NCBI GenBank assembly: GCA_043732185.1
Contig: JAYTHY010000136.1
Span: 32,001 to 96,000, forward strand
From: Fibrobacteria bacterium
Lineage (GTDB): Bacteria > Fibrobacterota > Fibrobacteria > UBA11236
Direction of reading: 5' to 3'
DNA: 64,000 nucleotides
Shown here piece after piece: positions 47,749 to 59,626 of the stretch. Position 1 is the first letter of the stretch. The number at the start of each line of letters is the position of its first letter. The notes under the pieces are model-generated. The model made no database searches. It was not told the DNA's origin and saw only the letters and a list, made by a program, of their open reading frames with translations. The translations under genes were made by a program, and so were the position numbers.

Positions 47749-48762
47749 ATGCGACCTGGTTGGACGTCCCTCTACTTTTGCTGCGTATTGTCCCTTTTTT
47801 CAGCAGGCCATCACTTGTTCGCGGCGGATAGCCAAGTGCGCTGGGTCACCCATGATGTAAGTCGTTTGCCCGACCCTGAAATTACGGCCATGACCATGGA
47901 TGATTTAGGGAACAAATGGTTCGGGACACACAAAGGTCTTGCCAAGCTTTCAAAGTTTGGCGATTGGCAATCCTTTACCGTGGAGAACTCTTCGGGAGGA
48001 TTGAAGGGAAATCGAATAACCGCCTTGGCTGTTGGGCAGGATAGGGAGCTTTGGGTGGCTACAGACGGGGGTGGGGTGAGTTTGCTTGCGAACGGGTCTT
48101 GGAAAAGTTTTACGCGTGAGAATACCTCCGGTGGGCTTCCCGACAACGGCGTGACTTCGTTGGCCATCGGCAAAGATGAAAAATGGTTCGGTACCCGAAA
48201 TGGTTTCGCCATGCTACGAGGCTCGGCTTGGACCACGTATGCAGGGGAAAAGATTTCGGGACGGTTGCCTCAAAAAATTGTTACAGCCATTGCATTGGAT
48301 TCCTCCGGAAACAAATGGATTGGCACTATAGCTGGGTTGGTTCGTTTTAACGGTTCAAGTTGGACGTTGATGACCAAGGAAACCACTCAAGGAGGATTGC
48401 CCCATAACAGCATCACTTGCCTGGGAATAGGTCCCAAAAGCGAAGTATGGGTTGGAACTCAAATAGGATTGGCACGGCTAGTATCTGGTGCTTGGACATC
48501 TTACCAAGGTGACGCGGATTTATCTGAAATGGGTCAGGAATTGGTTTACAGTTTGCGCCTAGACCCTGCAGGTGTGCTTTGGGCTTGCATCAAAGGTGGC
48601 GCGGCACGCTACGGGGGCGGGTCATGGACCTTGTTTACGAAAAATAATTCTTCCGGAATTCAGACTCGGTATATTTACTCGGTTATGCCCGGGGATGTGG
48701 ATGACGTCTGGTTTGGAACCCAAAAAGGGGTAACACAGAGGATTCCCGTACTCGAGGAGTAA
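47749..48762 (+). CDS. Secreted beta-propeller (two-component regulator propeller-type repeats)
   Basis: About 7 repeats of LPxNxIT...WxGTxxG...W; no kinase domain. Confidence 0.85.
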   Translation: MRPGWTSLYFCCVLSLFSAGHHLFAADSQVRWVTHDVSRLPDPEITAMTMDDLGNKWFGTHKGLAKLSKFGDWQSFTVENSSGGLKGNRITALAVGQDRELWVATDGGGVSLLANGSWKSFTRENTSGGLPDNGVTSLAIGKDEKWFGTRNGFAMLRGSAWTTYAGEKISGRLPQKIVTAIALDSSGNKWIGTIAGLVRFNGSSWTLMTKETTQGGLPHNSITCLGIGPKSEVWVGTQIGLARLVSGAWTSYQGDADLSEMGQELVYSLRLDPAGVLWACIKGGAARYGGGSWTLFTKNNSSGIQTRYIYSVMPGDVDDVWFGTQKGVTQRIPVLEE

Positions 48763-48798
48763 TCAAGCCTACTCAGACCTGATTTGACTTACTCAGGC

Positions 48799-49875
48799 CT
48801 AATCTACAGCAAAAAAACTGTACGCCATGGGCTGACTGCCATTCAATGTGCCGATTCCCTTGAAGGTTAAGACTTCACCACCCATATACCTTTTGATTGC
48901 CATCTTCGTAAATCCACTGAATTCATGCAAGGTGGATTGCTGAAGACGATCCGCACTTCTTTGTAAAAGTGATTTCCCATTTTCCATATAATCGATTTCC
49001 AGCGCAGTTGGAACCTTTACTCCCATGGTGTTGGACGCTGAGATGGCTTTGATATGGACTGGTTTGAGAAGGACTAGACCAGTTGGTGTTTGCCTTAATC
49101 CGTAACCGATAGGTTTCGACTCAAAATTGGAATTTGGGTTGAGTAAATAGCCCACTTCCAGCGTACCGGATTGGGAGATGTACCGGTAACCGGATTCCAC
49201 CAGGCCCGGTGCCATGTCGGTTTGAAAAGTATGGTCCATATAGGCGAGGCCGCTTACCTTCAGTGTATCCGCATTAATGGCTAGGGTACCCGTAAATTTT
49301 GCCCTTGGAATATGGATGAAAATACCCACCCCATTTGAGGACCCAAATTTAAACATACCGTCCCCCCAAACTTTTCCTTGTTCAATTTCCGTAAATTGAA
49401 GGTCAAGCCAATAGGAAACATCCTTTTTGCTTGTGGCAAAATGAACATGATGCGTTTGCGGCAGGTTTCCTTCAAACCAGATTTTCTCGTGCACACGGAG
49501 CTGGGAATTGGAATCTGTGAAAATGAAATTCTTTTTTTCATATTCCCGTGCCACCGAATAATTGCGGCCTTTGAAGCCAAGCACGGTCAGGTCTGCACCG
49601 CAAACCGGCGATTTAAATGAACCAAGATTAACGCGGGAAAAATTCAAGCTAACCTGGATATTCCCATCTAGAAAAAGGTGATAGGTCCAGAATTCATTAT
49701 AAGTCTTACTGCCGCTCGGATGTGGTTTTAGGTCGGCCAGCGTCGCATCGCGCAAGCCCGCGGTGGGTAGGGAAATTTGTTCCGCTGCTTGGGATGGGCC
49801 GAGTAAAATTGAAATTAAGGTTAAACAAAGGGTAGCCAGCATAGTCAGTTTAGAGTCAAGGATTGGATATTTCAT
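48799..49875 (-). CDS. Secreted protein, CrtC/AttH/Svf1-like lipocalin fold (tentative)
   Basis: Signal peptide; YNEFWTY and GLAYMDHTF motifs. ATG at 49875 chosen. Confidence 0.55.
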   Translation of the reverse strand: MKYPILDSKLTMLATLCLTLISILLGPSQAAEQISLPTAGLRDATLADLKPHPSGSKTYNEFWTYHLFLDGNIQVSLNFSRVNLGSFKSPVCGADLTVLGFKGRNYSVAREYEKKNFIFTDSNSQLRVHEKIWFEGNLPQTHHVHFATSKKDVSYWLDLQFTEIEQGKVWGDGMFKFGSSNGVGIFIHIPRAKFTGTLAINADTLKVSGLAYMDHTFQTDMAPGLVESGYRYISQSGTLEVGYLLNPNSNFESKPIGYGLRQTPTGLVLLKPVHIKAISASNTMGVKVPTALEIDYMENGKSLLQRSADRLQQSTLHEFSGFTKMAIKRYMGGEVLTFKGIGTLNGSQPMAYSFFAVD

Positions 49876-49934
49876 TCTATACCTAATGATACAAGGGTTT
49901 CTGGACGTTTGCCAATCCGTTTGACAAACATTTG

Positions 49935-50681
49935 TCAGCGGGTCAGGTGGTGAATCATCCACGTCCAAATTTGAGGCAGAGAATGCCAGGCGTTGGACAG
50001 GGAGTCTCCAAACCAGTGAAGAGACATTAAACCGCGAACCTTTAGCACTATTCCGAGGCCCATTAGCAAGAAAATAAAAACACTTATTGTGGAAAAAAGG
50101 AAGCCGTAGATGTGCAGATCGGTTTGCCGCCACCGAAATTCCCTCGACAAACGGTATGTAAACAACCCCATCATGAAAAAGATGAGCTTATTCCAACTGG
50201 CTTGCATTCCTGGCTGTACCAGAATACCCATAAGCATCAAGAGCGTACACCATAGCGGCAGAAAATAGGGTGCAAGTGCAGCGAGGGGATTGGAGCCTAG
50301 TAATTGCACTTCGCCCCCGGTTTTGAGAGAGGCGGATAAGGATTGGGGTGGGGCAAGGGTAAGGTATCCAACCAGGGCATGGGTCAATTCATGTTCAAGG
50401 GTATCCACAAATTCAAATGGATCGTCCTTATGAATACGGCCCATCAAATATCGGAATGCTATTCGAAAGGTGATACCCGCGATACACGCCAGCGCAAGTG
50501 GATGCCAAAGCGAACCCAAACCAAACCCGTTCAACCGAGCCGCATGCCAGAATCCGTTGGCCAAGGCCACGGCCAGAATGGTCAGGAAGGGAAGCAGGGC
50601 CCAGCGCAAGGCCATGCCGAGGAGTTGCGGCATCCAGCAAAGGATAGAAATACCGACCAGTGTTGAATATCTTTTATCCAA
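49935..50681 (-). CDS. Membrane metallopeptidase, M50B-like
   Basis: HELTH, GGEV, ALAPYF, QTD; multiple TMs. Confidence 0.75.
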   Translation of the reverse strand: MDKRYSTLVGISILCWMPQLLGMALRWALLPFLTILAVALANGFWHAARLNGFGLGSLWHPLALACIAGITFRIAFRYLMGRIHKDDPFEFVDTLEHELTHALVGYLTLAPPQSLSASLKTGGEVQLLGSNPLAALAPYFLPLWCTLLMLMGILVQPGMQASWNKLIFFMMGLFTYRLSREFRWRQTDLHIYGFLFSTISVFIFLLMGLGIVLKVRGLMSLHWFGDSLSNAWHSLPQIWTWMIHHLTR

Positions 50682-50699
50682 ACACTAAGCCTGGAGTAG

Positions 50700-51989
<1,290 letters not shown>

Positions 51990-52063
51990 GGGTGGCTACT
52001 TCCCAAGTCTGGGAGACCTAAAACAGGGGATGGAGAGCTAAAGCAGGGAATTGGAAAAGGCGG

Positions 52064-54055
52064 TTATTTCTTGCCGCCTTTATCCTCTGCTTCCTCTCGA
52101 ATTTTTGTCTTACGTTCCACACGTTTGACTGCGTATTTGGTCACAATAGTTCCGTTGGTACCTCTAGCTCGAACTTCAAAATCTTCGAAGTTGACGGGTA
52201 CCTCGGTCTTAATTCTTGGCTGCGGGATCAAGTGGACGATGACCTTGTCGGCCTGTCCCTCCGGCTGGACTTCCAAGAACCACACCTTGCTTTGTGCGCT
52301 ACCCTTGGTCAAATCATACTGTTTGTCACGGGTGATACCGCCGATTTGAAAGCGCTTAGCTAGGATGGCGCCACCGCGGCCGTCACGATAAAGCATGTTG
52401 TAAATAGTCTTGTCATCGCTGCGATCAAATTTTTGTGCGGAAAGTATTTTGTTGCCCACGTAGTTTTTTTCACCCACTTTGGTTACGGCAAAAGTTCCGT
52501 CTTCCTTGAAGGCTATGATTTCATCTAGCGTGGAAAAATTATCGCCGATAAGTTCGCCGTCGCGGACCGATGTGCCGACAAAGCCGTTTTCCCTATCCAT
52601 GTAAACTTTTAGATTGGACAGGATAACGTCAGAGGCATCGATGGCATCGAAGCGGGAAATTTTTGTCTTGCGCTCGCGGCCCTTGCCGTATTTGGACAGC
52701 AGGTTTTCATAATAGGAGATGGCATAACGTGTCAGGCCTTTGAGGTTTTTTTCCGTTTCCGCGATTTCTTTTTGGAGAACGATCATTTCTTCATCAGCCT
52801 TGAAGCCGTCAAATCGGGAAATGCGCTTGATGCGGATTTCGGTGAGGCGGGTTAAGTCTTCCACCGTCACATCCCGCACAAATTGCTTGCGGAATGGTTT
52901 TAGACCTTTTTCAATCGTGTCCAGAATGGCTTCCCAAGTCTCGCACTTTTCAATCTGACGATAGATTCTCTCTTCGATAAAAACCTTTTCCAAAGATTTG
53001 TAATGCCACTTTTCCGACAAGTCATGGTTACGGATTTCAAGTTCAGTTTTAAGCAACTTGACGGTATTCTGAACGCTGAGTTCCAATAATTCTGTGACGC
53101 CCAAAAAGACTGGTTTGTTTTCAAATATGACACAACAATTGGGAGAGATGGAAATTTCGCAATCCGTAAACGCGTACATGGCATCGATAGCCTTGTCTGC
53201 GTCCGCACCGGGAGGAAGATGGACGACGATGTCCACATTTTTAGCGGTCTTGTCTTCAATGCGTTTGATTTTGATTTTGCCCTTGTCATTGGCTGTGACA
53301 ATGGAATCCATCAAGCTGCCGGTTGTGGTTCCGAAGGGAATTTCTGTAATCGCAAGGGTCCGAGGGTCTACTTGCACGATACGGGCCCGTACTTTTAATT
53401 TCCCTCCGCTTTGCCCATCATTATAATTGGAAGCATCGACAATGCCGCCCGTGGGGAAGTCCGGTAGCAGTTTGTATTTCTCTTTTTTCAGCACGGCAAT
53501 GCAGCATTTGATGAGTTCGATGAAATTATGCGGCAGAATCTTGGTGGCCAATCCCACCGCAATGCCTTCCGCACCCTGGGCTAGCACCAGAGGGAATTTC
53601 ATGGGAAGGATCACTGGTTCCAGATTTCGACCGTCGTAAGAGCGTTGCCACAATGTGGTGGCGGGATTAAAGGCCACTTCCAGGGCGAATTTGCTCAACT
53701 TGGTTTCAATATACCGGGCGGCAGCGGCGCTGTCCCCGGTCATGGGATCGCCCCAGTTTCCTTGCGTGTCGATGAGCAGATTTTTCTGGCCAAGATTGAC
53801 CAAGGCATCGCCAATGGCGGCATCCCCGTGGGGATGATACTTCATGGTTTGCCCAATGATATTTGCCACCTTGTGGTAACGGCCATCCTCTTCTTCCCGT
53901 AGGGAATGCAGGATGCGGCGTTGCACGGGTTTTAATCCGTCGGCTAAATGGGGGACGGCCCGGTCCGTGATAACATAGGACGCATAGTCCAGGAAGTACT
54001 CCTTGTACATGTCCTGAACATGGGGAATATGATCTTTCAAAGTATTGGAAGCCAT
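52064..54055 (-). CDS. parC: Type IIA topoisomerase subunit A (topo IV ParC-like, short CTD)
   Basis: DGLKPVQRR, YHPHGD, AAARYIE, PDFPTGG; no GyrA box seen. Confidence 0.88.
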   Translation of the reverse strand: MASNTLKDHIPHVQDMYKEYFLDYASYVITDRAVPHLADGLKPVQRRILHSLREEEDGRYHKVANIIGQTMKYHPHGDAAIGDALVNLGQKNLLIDTQGNWGDPMTGDSAAAARYIETKLSKFALEVAFNPATTLWQRSYDGRNLEPVILPMKFPLVLAQGAEGIAVGLATKILPHNFIELIKCCIAVLKKEKYKLLPDFPTGGIVDASNYNDGQSGGKLKVRARIVQVDPRTLAITEIPFGTTTGSLMDSIVTANDKGKIKIKRIEDKTAKNVDIVVHLPPGADADKAIDAMYAFTDCEISISPNCCVIFENKPVFLGVTELLELSVQNTVKLLKTELEIRNHDLSEKWHYKSLEKVFIEERIYRQIEKCETWEAILDTIEKGLKPFRKQFVRDVTVEDLTRLTEIRIKRISRFDGFKADEEMIVLQKEIAETEKNLKGLTRYAISYYENLLSKYGKGRERKTKISRFDAIDASDVILSNLKVYMDRENGFVGTSVRDGELIGDNFSTLDEIIAFKEDGTFAVTKVGEKNYVGNKILSAQKFDRSDDKTIYNMLYRDGRGGAILAKRFQIGGITRDKQYDLTKGSAQSKVWFLEVQPEGQADKVIVHLIPQPRIKTEVPVNFEDFEVRARGTNGTIVTKYAVKRVERKTKIREEAEDKGGKK

Positions 54056-54057
54056 TT

Positions 54058-56028
54058 TTAGGTCTCTACCTTCTCTACCTTCTCGGCATTTTCTCTACCC
54101 GCGCGGCTTTCAGCCACCAGCAGGGCGGCGTCTTCAACCACATCTTCTTCCATGCGCAGATTTTCCATAATGAAATCGCGTCGGGCCGGGGTGTTTTTGC
54201 CCATATAGTATTCCAGGATTTCGCTTACCTTGGTATCGCCGTGGAGGACTACCGGTTCCAGCCGCATATCCTTACCGATAAAACCTTCGAACTCGCCCGG
54301 TGAGATTTCACCCAAGCCTTTAAAACGGGTGATTTCGGAATTGCGGCCGAGTTTATTCAGGGCCGATTCTTTTTCGACTTCACTGTAACAATACAGCGTT
54401 TCTTTTTTGGTGCGCACTCGGAACAAAGGCGTTTGTAACACATACACGTGACCACGCGCGATCAGTTCCGGAAAGAACTGCAATAAAAAAGTGAGCAGCA
54501 ACAGACGAATATGGGCACCATCCACATCGGCATCCGTTGCCACGATAATTCGGTTATAGCGCAGTTCTTCTAAGCCTTCTTCGATATTGAGTGCATGCTG
54601 CAACAAGTTGAATTCTTCATTCTCGTAGACAACTTTTTTCGACATACCATAGCAGTTCAGGGGTTTGCCCTTTAAGGAAAAAACCGCTTGCAGATTGACG
54701 TCGCGCGCTTTGGTAATTGAACCGGATGCCGAGTCGCCCTCGGTGATGAAAATCGAAGAGTCTTCCCGACGCTTGTGGTTGGTATTCCAATGGACATTGC
54801 AGTCGCGCAATTTTTTATTGTGCAGGCTGGCCTTCTTGGCGCGCTCGTTGGCCAAACGTCGGATGCCGGCCATGTCCTTGCGCTCGCGCTCGCTTTGTTG
54901 GATCTTGGCCAACATCTCCTTGGCGGTGTCCGGATTTTTATGGAGATATTGCTCCAAGTTTTTGCGTACGAATTCGACGATCCAAGTACGCAGCGGACTG
55001 CCTTTTTCATCATAGGTCGTTGAACCGAGTTTGGTTTTAGTCTGCGACTCAAAAATGGGCTCGTGCATGCGAATGGAAATGGCCCCGACAATAGAGGCGC
55101 GCACATCCGACGCTTCGAATTCTTTTTTATAAAAATCTTTACACGCCCGAATAATGCCTTCCCGGAAGGCAGCGAGATGGGTTCCACCCTCGGTAGTGAA
55201 TTGTCCATTGACAAAGGAGAAGTAGCGCTCGCCATAGGAGTTGTCATGGGTCAGGGACGCTTCCAAATCAGCATCCTTGAAATGGATGATTGGGTAGCGC
55301 TTGGTGGTGTCGGTATGCCGGGTGAGCAGGTCCAGCAGCCCATTCTTGGAAAGAAATTTTTGTCCGTTAAAATTAATGGTCAAACCGGCATTCAAGTAGA
55401 CATAGTACCAGATGCGATCTTCAATGAACTCGGATACCCAAGCAAACTTATGGAAAAGTTCCGGATCCGGCGTGAAACTCATCAACGTGCCGTTCGGTTC
55501 CTGGGTGGCTTTTTCTTTTTCTTCTATTTTGAGGGACCCCTTGGCAAAGGTTGCGCATTTGGTGCGACCGTCCCGAAAAGACTGCACTTTAAAATGCGCG
55601 GACAAGGCATTGACCGCTTTGGAGCCGACGCCGTTTAGCCCCACCGATTTCTTGAATGCATCGCCATCGTATTTTCCGCCGGTATTGATTTTGGAAACGC
55701 AGTCGATGACTTTTCCTAGTGGAATACCTCGGCCATAGTCCCTGACCGTAATCGTCCCGTCGTCGGCAATGGAAATGTCGATTTGCTTTCCGGCCCCCAT
55801 AACGTATTCGTCGATGGAGTTGTCGACGATTTCCTTAAAAAGGACATAGATGCCGTCATCATGCGCGGAGCCATTGCCCAACTTGCCGATATACATGCCT
55901 GGCCGTAGCCGAATGTGCTCGATCCAATCGAGCGACTTGATGCTGTCATCGTCATATTTTCCGCGTGCGTCCGCTCCCTTTTCGCTGGGGTTTTCCTTTT
56001 TCGCTGCGCGAGCTGCGGGTTTGGCCAT
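54058..56028 (-). CDS. parE: Type IIA topoisomerase subunit B (ParE-like)
   Basis: [41 protein letters not shown]. Confidence 0.88.
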   Translation of the reverse strand: MAKPAARAAKKENPSEKGADARGKYDDDSIKSLDWIEHIRLRPGMYIGKLGNGSAHDDGIYVLFKEIVDNSIDEYVMGAGKQIDISIADDGTITVRDYGRGIPLGKVIDCVSKINTGGKYDGDAFKKSVGLNGVGSKAVNALSAHFKVQSFRDGRTKCATFAKGSLKIEEKEKATQEPNGTLMSFTPDPELFHKFAWVSEFIEDRIWYYVYLNAGLTINFNGQKFLSKNGLLDLLTRHTDTTKRYPIIHFKDADLEASLTHDNSYGERYFSFVNGQFTTEGGTHLAAFREGIIRACKDFYKKEFEASDVRASIVGAISIRMHEPIFESQTKTKLGSTTYDEKGSPLRTWIVEFVRKNLEQYLHKNPDTAKEMLAKIQQSERERKDMAGIRRLANERAKKASLHNKKLRDCNVHWNTNHKRREDSSIFITEGDSASGSITKARDVNLQAVFSLKGKPLNCYGMSKKVVYENEEFNLLQHALNIEEGLEELRYNRIIVATDADVDGAHIRLLLLTFLLQFFPELIARGHVYVLQTPLFRVRTKKETLYCYSEVEKESALNKLGRNSEITRFKGLGEISPGEFEGFIGKDMRLEPVVLHGDTKVSEILEYYMGKNTPARRDFIMENLRMEEDVVEDAALLVAESRAGRENAEKVEKVET

Positions 56029-56094
56029 TTCGGTAATTCCTCGTTCGTTCCTAATTACTGCTCAAATGAACAGCGCCATCCATTTAGGCATAAT

Positions 56095-56121
56095 ATCATA
56101 CCACTTTAGCCTGGCTGTCAA
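56095..56121 (-). promoter_or_regulatory. Candidate sigma-70 promoter for parE-parC
   Basis: Minus strand TTGACA-N15-TATGAT with TG extension; an overlapping TTGCCA-N16-TAAAGT is also present. Confidence 0.45.
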
Positions 56122-56140
56122 TTCTGGCAAAGAATGGGTA

Positions 56141-56872
56141 TTAGCGGCCAGCGGAAAATATCTGATATTGAAATTCCAGGCCGCCGCGTTCATTTCCATG
56201 CGAAGCCAGAATGTCCAAAACGGTGGCGCTGGTTAATTCCGGCAGGGGCGCATCGTCGTAAAAAACCACGAATTGGGCTGGAATCGCCTGTGTATTTTCA
56301 ATTGTACCTGATGCGGACGTTTGATTCTTCAAACAAAAAACTGGTTTTGCGGATGCTTTCCCATAGGTCTGATCGACACTATTTTGCAAAAGCGGGACAA
56401 CGTGTGCGTCCGGTCCACGACCATAAACAGCCATGATAACGACATGATACTGGCCAGAATCGCGAATGGAAATGGACAGGCTGTCTGCTGCTTGATATCC
56501 CGCGTCTAAATATCGCCAACCGTTTTTGGAATTGTACAGGAGTTCGATCGAGGAGCCGTTGCCACCACTCATGGTAAAAGTGGAGTTTTCACCGGGCCGC
56601 GAAAACCAGTGCCGGGTAACCATCAGTACCACCATAAGCATCAGTAAGGCGGGCAGGAGAGTGGTATACCGGGTGCGACTGCCACGGCGCGTCTGCCGCT
56701 CCAGCAGGACTCTTTGCCACGTGGGTTTGCCGAGCACTTGGCTTTGGTTTTTCAGAACCTCCAAACGCGCTTGCATATCTGGATTTTTCGCCAATAGCTT
56801 TTCAACTTCTTCCGATTCCTTATCGGAAAGCATTCCTTCTAAATATTTGTGCAAGTGAAGGTCGGTTAACAT
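56141..56872 (-). CDS. Anti-sigma-factor-like single-TM protein
   Basis: N-terminal LHKYLEGMLSDKESEEVEKLL, one TM, extracytoplasmic beta domain. Confidence 0.6.
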   Translation of the reverse strand: MLTDLHLHKYLEGMLSDKESEEVEKLLAKNPDMQARLEVLKNQSQVLGKPTWQRVLLERQTRRGSRTRYTTLLPALLMLMVVLMVTRHWFSRPGENSTFTMSGGNGSSIELLYNSKNGWRYLDAGYQAADSLSISIRDSGQYHVVIMAVYGRGPDAHVVPLLQNSVDQTYGKASAKPVFCLKNQTSASGTIENTQAIPAQFVVFYDDAPLPELTSATVLDILASHGNERGGLEFQYQIFSAGR

Positions 56873-56875
56873 GGA

Positions 56876-57880
56876 TTAGGCCAGTCGTTCAGCAATTTCC
56901 ATGGCCGCATAGGTTAGAATGGCATCAGCTCCGGCGCGATGGATGCAGATAAGGGATTCTAGCATGGCGGCATCGGCATCGAGCCAGCCCAGTTGGCCTG
57001 CGGCTTTGATCATGGCATATTCGCCACTAACGTGATAGGCAGCCACCGGTACATTCACAGCGGCTTTGATCGCGGCGATGACATCGAGATAAGCCAGAGC
57101 CGGTTTCACCATCACCAGATCGGCTCCCTCTTGGACATCCAGTTCCGCCTCCAGCAAGGCCTCCCGCCGATTGGCCGGATCCATTTGATAGGTTTTTTTA
57201 TCACCATGTTTCGGTGCGGAATCGAGTGCTTCGCGAAAGGGACCATAAAATGCGGATGCGTACTTGGCCGTGTAGGCTAGAATGCCAATTTCCGAAAACC
57301 CAGCACTATCCAAAGCGTCCCGGAGGTAGCCGACCCGGCCATCCATCATGTCCGAAGGGGCAACCATATCCGCTCCCGCCTTGGCTTGCGCTAAGGCCAT
57401 CGCGGCAAGAATCGGCAGCGTGGCGTCATTCAAAATTTTGCCTTTGACTACCAGTCCATCGTGGCCATCGCTGGAATACGGATCCATCGCAACGTCGGTG
57501 ATTACTGTGAGTTCCGGCAAGGCCGATTTTAAATCAGAAATGGTTTTTTGCAGCAACCCATCTTGTTTTGCTGATGCCGACGCATAGGCGTCCTTGAGCT
57601 TTTCCGGAATCAGAGGAAAAAGGGCTACCGTGCTAATGCCTAGCGACAAGGCGTGTTTGGCCTCTTTGAGAATAAGGTCTCGGCTCAGTCTGGCGACACC
57701 GGGCATGGAGCGAATGGGTGTGCGCGCATTTTTGCCCTCGGTTATAAAAAGAGGGAGGATAAAATGGGCCGGAGTCAATTCCGTTTCGCGCACCAGGGCT
57801 CGTAAAGCCGGGGAGCGGCGATTGCGTCGTGGCCGCCTAGGTAGGGAAACATCGGGTACCATTGGCTTTTTCGCGTTCAT
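56876..57880 (-). CDS. hemB: Porphobilinogen synthase (Asp-rich, non-zinc type)
   Basis: DVAMDPYSSDGHDG, APSDMMDG, FYGPFREA, MVKP, YHVSGEY. Confidence 0.96.
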   Translation of the reverse strand: MNAKKPMVPDVSLPRRPRRNRRSPALRALVRETELTPAHFILPLFITEGKNARTPIRSMPGVARLSRDLILKEAKHALSLGISTVALFPLIPEKLKDAYASASAKQDGLLQKTISDLKSALPELTVITDVAMDPYSSDGHDGLVVKGKILNDATLPILAAMALAQAKAGADMVAPSDMMDGRVGYLRDALDSAGFSEIGILAYTAKYASAFYGPFREALDSAPKHGDKKTYQMDPANRREALLEAELDVQEGADLVMVKPALAYLDVIAAIKAAVNVPVAAYHVSGEYAMIKAAGQLGWLDADAAMLESLICIHRAGADAILTYAAMEIAERLA

Positions 57881-58266
57881 AGGTTCTCCCTGATTTTCTG
57901 CGCAAGGGCGGTTTGTTCTATAGGATTAGCTGCCTGTGCTCGACTGAAGCTGAGTTCGCCTTCGCTCTGAATGGGTACCAGATGAAGATGGGCATGCGGC
58001 ACTTCAAAACCGGCCACAAGTAGTCCGATACGCCGGCATGGGACACTTTTTTTTAGAGCACGTGCGATAATTTTTGCAAACGGTAATGCGGAGGCGAGAA
58101 GTTCATCACTCAGGGCAAACAATTCATCGACTTCCAACTTAGGAACGACAAGTGTGTGCCCCGGATTAATGGGACGGATGTCGAGAAAGGCGAAGTATCG
58201 ATCGTCCTCGAGGATTTTTTCGCAGGGGATTTCCCCTTTGATGATACGGGAAAATAGGGATGGCAT
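57877..58266 (-). CDS. HIT-family nucleotide hydrolase
   Basis: FSRIIKGEIP, GHTLVVPK, VPHAHLHL. Confidence 0.93.
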   Translation of the reverse strand: MPSLFSRIIKGEIPCEKILEDDRYFAFLDIRPINPGHTLVVPKLEVDELFALSDELLASALPFAKIIARALKKSVPCRRIGLLVAGFEVPHAHLHLVPIQSEGELSFSRAQAANPIEQTALAQKIRENL

Positions 58267-58280
58267 TTCGCCCCCTGGCT

Positions 58281-58463
58281 TTATTTCACTTCGCGGTGAA
58301 GCGTATGTTTCCGCATAAAGGGATTGTACTTCTTCTTTTCAATGCGACCCGATTGCTTGGATTTGTTCTTAGTCGTCATATAGCGTGAAGGGGGAACGCC
58401 TGCGGCGCGGGCTTCGGTGCATTCGAGGGTGACTACGACCCTTTTTCCTTTAATCTGCGGCAT
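58281..58463 (-). CDS. rpmG: 50S ribosomal protein L33 (non-zinc form)
   Basis: [19 protein letters not shown]...HTLHRE; only one Cys. Confidence 0.95.
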   Translation of the reverse strand: MPQIKGKRVVVTLECTEARAAGVPPSRYMTTKNKSKQSGRIEKKKYNPFMRKHTLHREVK

Positions 58464-58553
58464 GGCTGAACTCCTTGGTGAGAATAAAAAAACCGTCTAC
58501 GACACAGGTGTCCATTTGGCTTTATTCTCGAACGGGGGTTAAAATAGCTCGAA

Positions 58554-58582
58554 TTGACAGGTTTTCCAAGCAATTGTATAAG
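58554..58582 (+). promoter_or_regulatory. Near-consensus sigma-70 promoter upstream of panE
   Basis: TTGACA-N17-TATAAG, about 90 bp before a GAGGAG RBS and ATG. Confidence 0.65.
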
Positions 58583-58672
58583 AGTCGACCATTTTTTACG
58601 GGCTGCAGAAGGCTTTTCCTGTCCAAAACCGGGTAAATATGCACTTTTTGTCCACTTTGAAAGAGGAGACAT

Positions 58673-59626
58673 ATGTCGAGGATTGCCATTTTAGGCACTG
58701 GCGCAGTTGGCGGGTATTACGGTGGACTGTTGGCGCGGTCCGGTCAAGATGTGCATTTCCTGCTCACGACGGACTATACCCATGTGAAAAACCATGGACT
58801 TCGAGTGGATTCCGTTCTTGGCAATTTCCATTTGGACTTGGTTAATGCCTATCAGGATGCTCCATCCATGCCTAAATGTGATATAGCCGTTCTGGCTTGG
58901 AAAACCACGGACAATCCGCAGCTTAAAAAAATTCTGCCCCTGATTTTAAAACCAGGAGGAATGGTGCTGGTGCTCCAGAACGGTCTTAACCCGGAGCAGG
59001 ACGTTGCCACTTTGGTTCCTGATGCGACCGTTATCGGAGGAATGTGCTTTTTGTGCGCACGCAAGGAAGGTCCGGGTTGGATCCGTCACTTGTCCAATGG
59101 CGCTATTACATTGGCAGAGTATGTCTCCGGAAACACTCCGGCGGCAGGAGTAACCGATGCGATGCGCGTCTTGCAGCAAGCCTTTGAACTAGCCGGTGTT
59201 GAGATCCGTTTGCAACCGGATTGGCGCGTAGCCAGATGGACAAAACTTGTTTGGAACATTCCTTTTAACGGGTTGTGCACAGTTCTGAATGCCAACACCT
59301 CGCAATTGCTACAGCATCCGCTTATGCGAAAATTGATTGCCCAATTAATGGGTGAAGTAACAATGGGTGCCAAGGCTTGCGGTGTTGTCCTGCCTGAAAA
59401 TACCATTGAAAAAATGTTGGCCAATACAGATGCGATGGATGCCTATGAACCCAGCATGAAATTGGATTTTTCTGCTGGCCGTCCCATGGAGCTAGAGGCT
59501 ATTTACGCAAGGCCCTGCCAGGCTATTTTAAATGCTGGTGGAACGGCCCCGAGGATTGAAGCGTTGCTGGCGCAGTTACACTGTATGGAAGCTATTCGAA
59601 TTTCAGTAAACGGCTATCGGGTTTAA
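58673..59626 (+). CDS. panE: 2-dehydropantoate 2-reductase (ketopantoate reductase)
   Basis: GTGAVGGYYG, LQNG, WTKLVWN, SMKLD...ELE. Confidence 0.9.
   Translation: MSRIAILGTGAVGGYYGGLLARSGQDVHFLLTTDYTHVKNHGLRVDSVLGNFHLDLVNAYQDAPSMPKCDIAVLAWKTTDNPQLKKILPLILKPGGMVLVLQNGLNPEQDVATLVPDATVIGGMCFLCARKEGPGWIRHLSNGAITLAEYVSGNTPAAGVTDAMRVLQQAFELAGVEIRLQPDWRVARWTKLVWNIPFNGLCTVLNANTSQLLQHPLMRKLIAQLMGEVTMGAKACGVVLPENTIEKMLANTDAMDAYEPSMKLDFSAGRPMELEAIYARPCQAILNAGGTAPRIEALLAQLHCMEAIRISVNGYRV

Noticed and set aside
53810..53840. Ala at the Ser83-equivalent quinolone-resistance position of ParC (HPHGDAAIGD)
   Set aside because: Ala here occurs naturally in many type IIA topoisomerases; no evidence of acquired resistance.
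54665..55738. Several 80-190-aa ORFs within parE on both strands
   Set aside because: Alternate-frame or antisense shadows; parE itself is intact.
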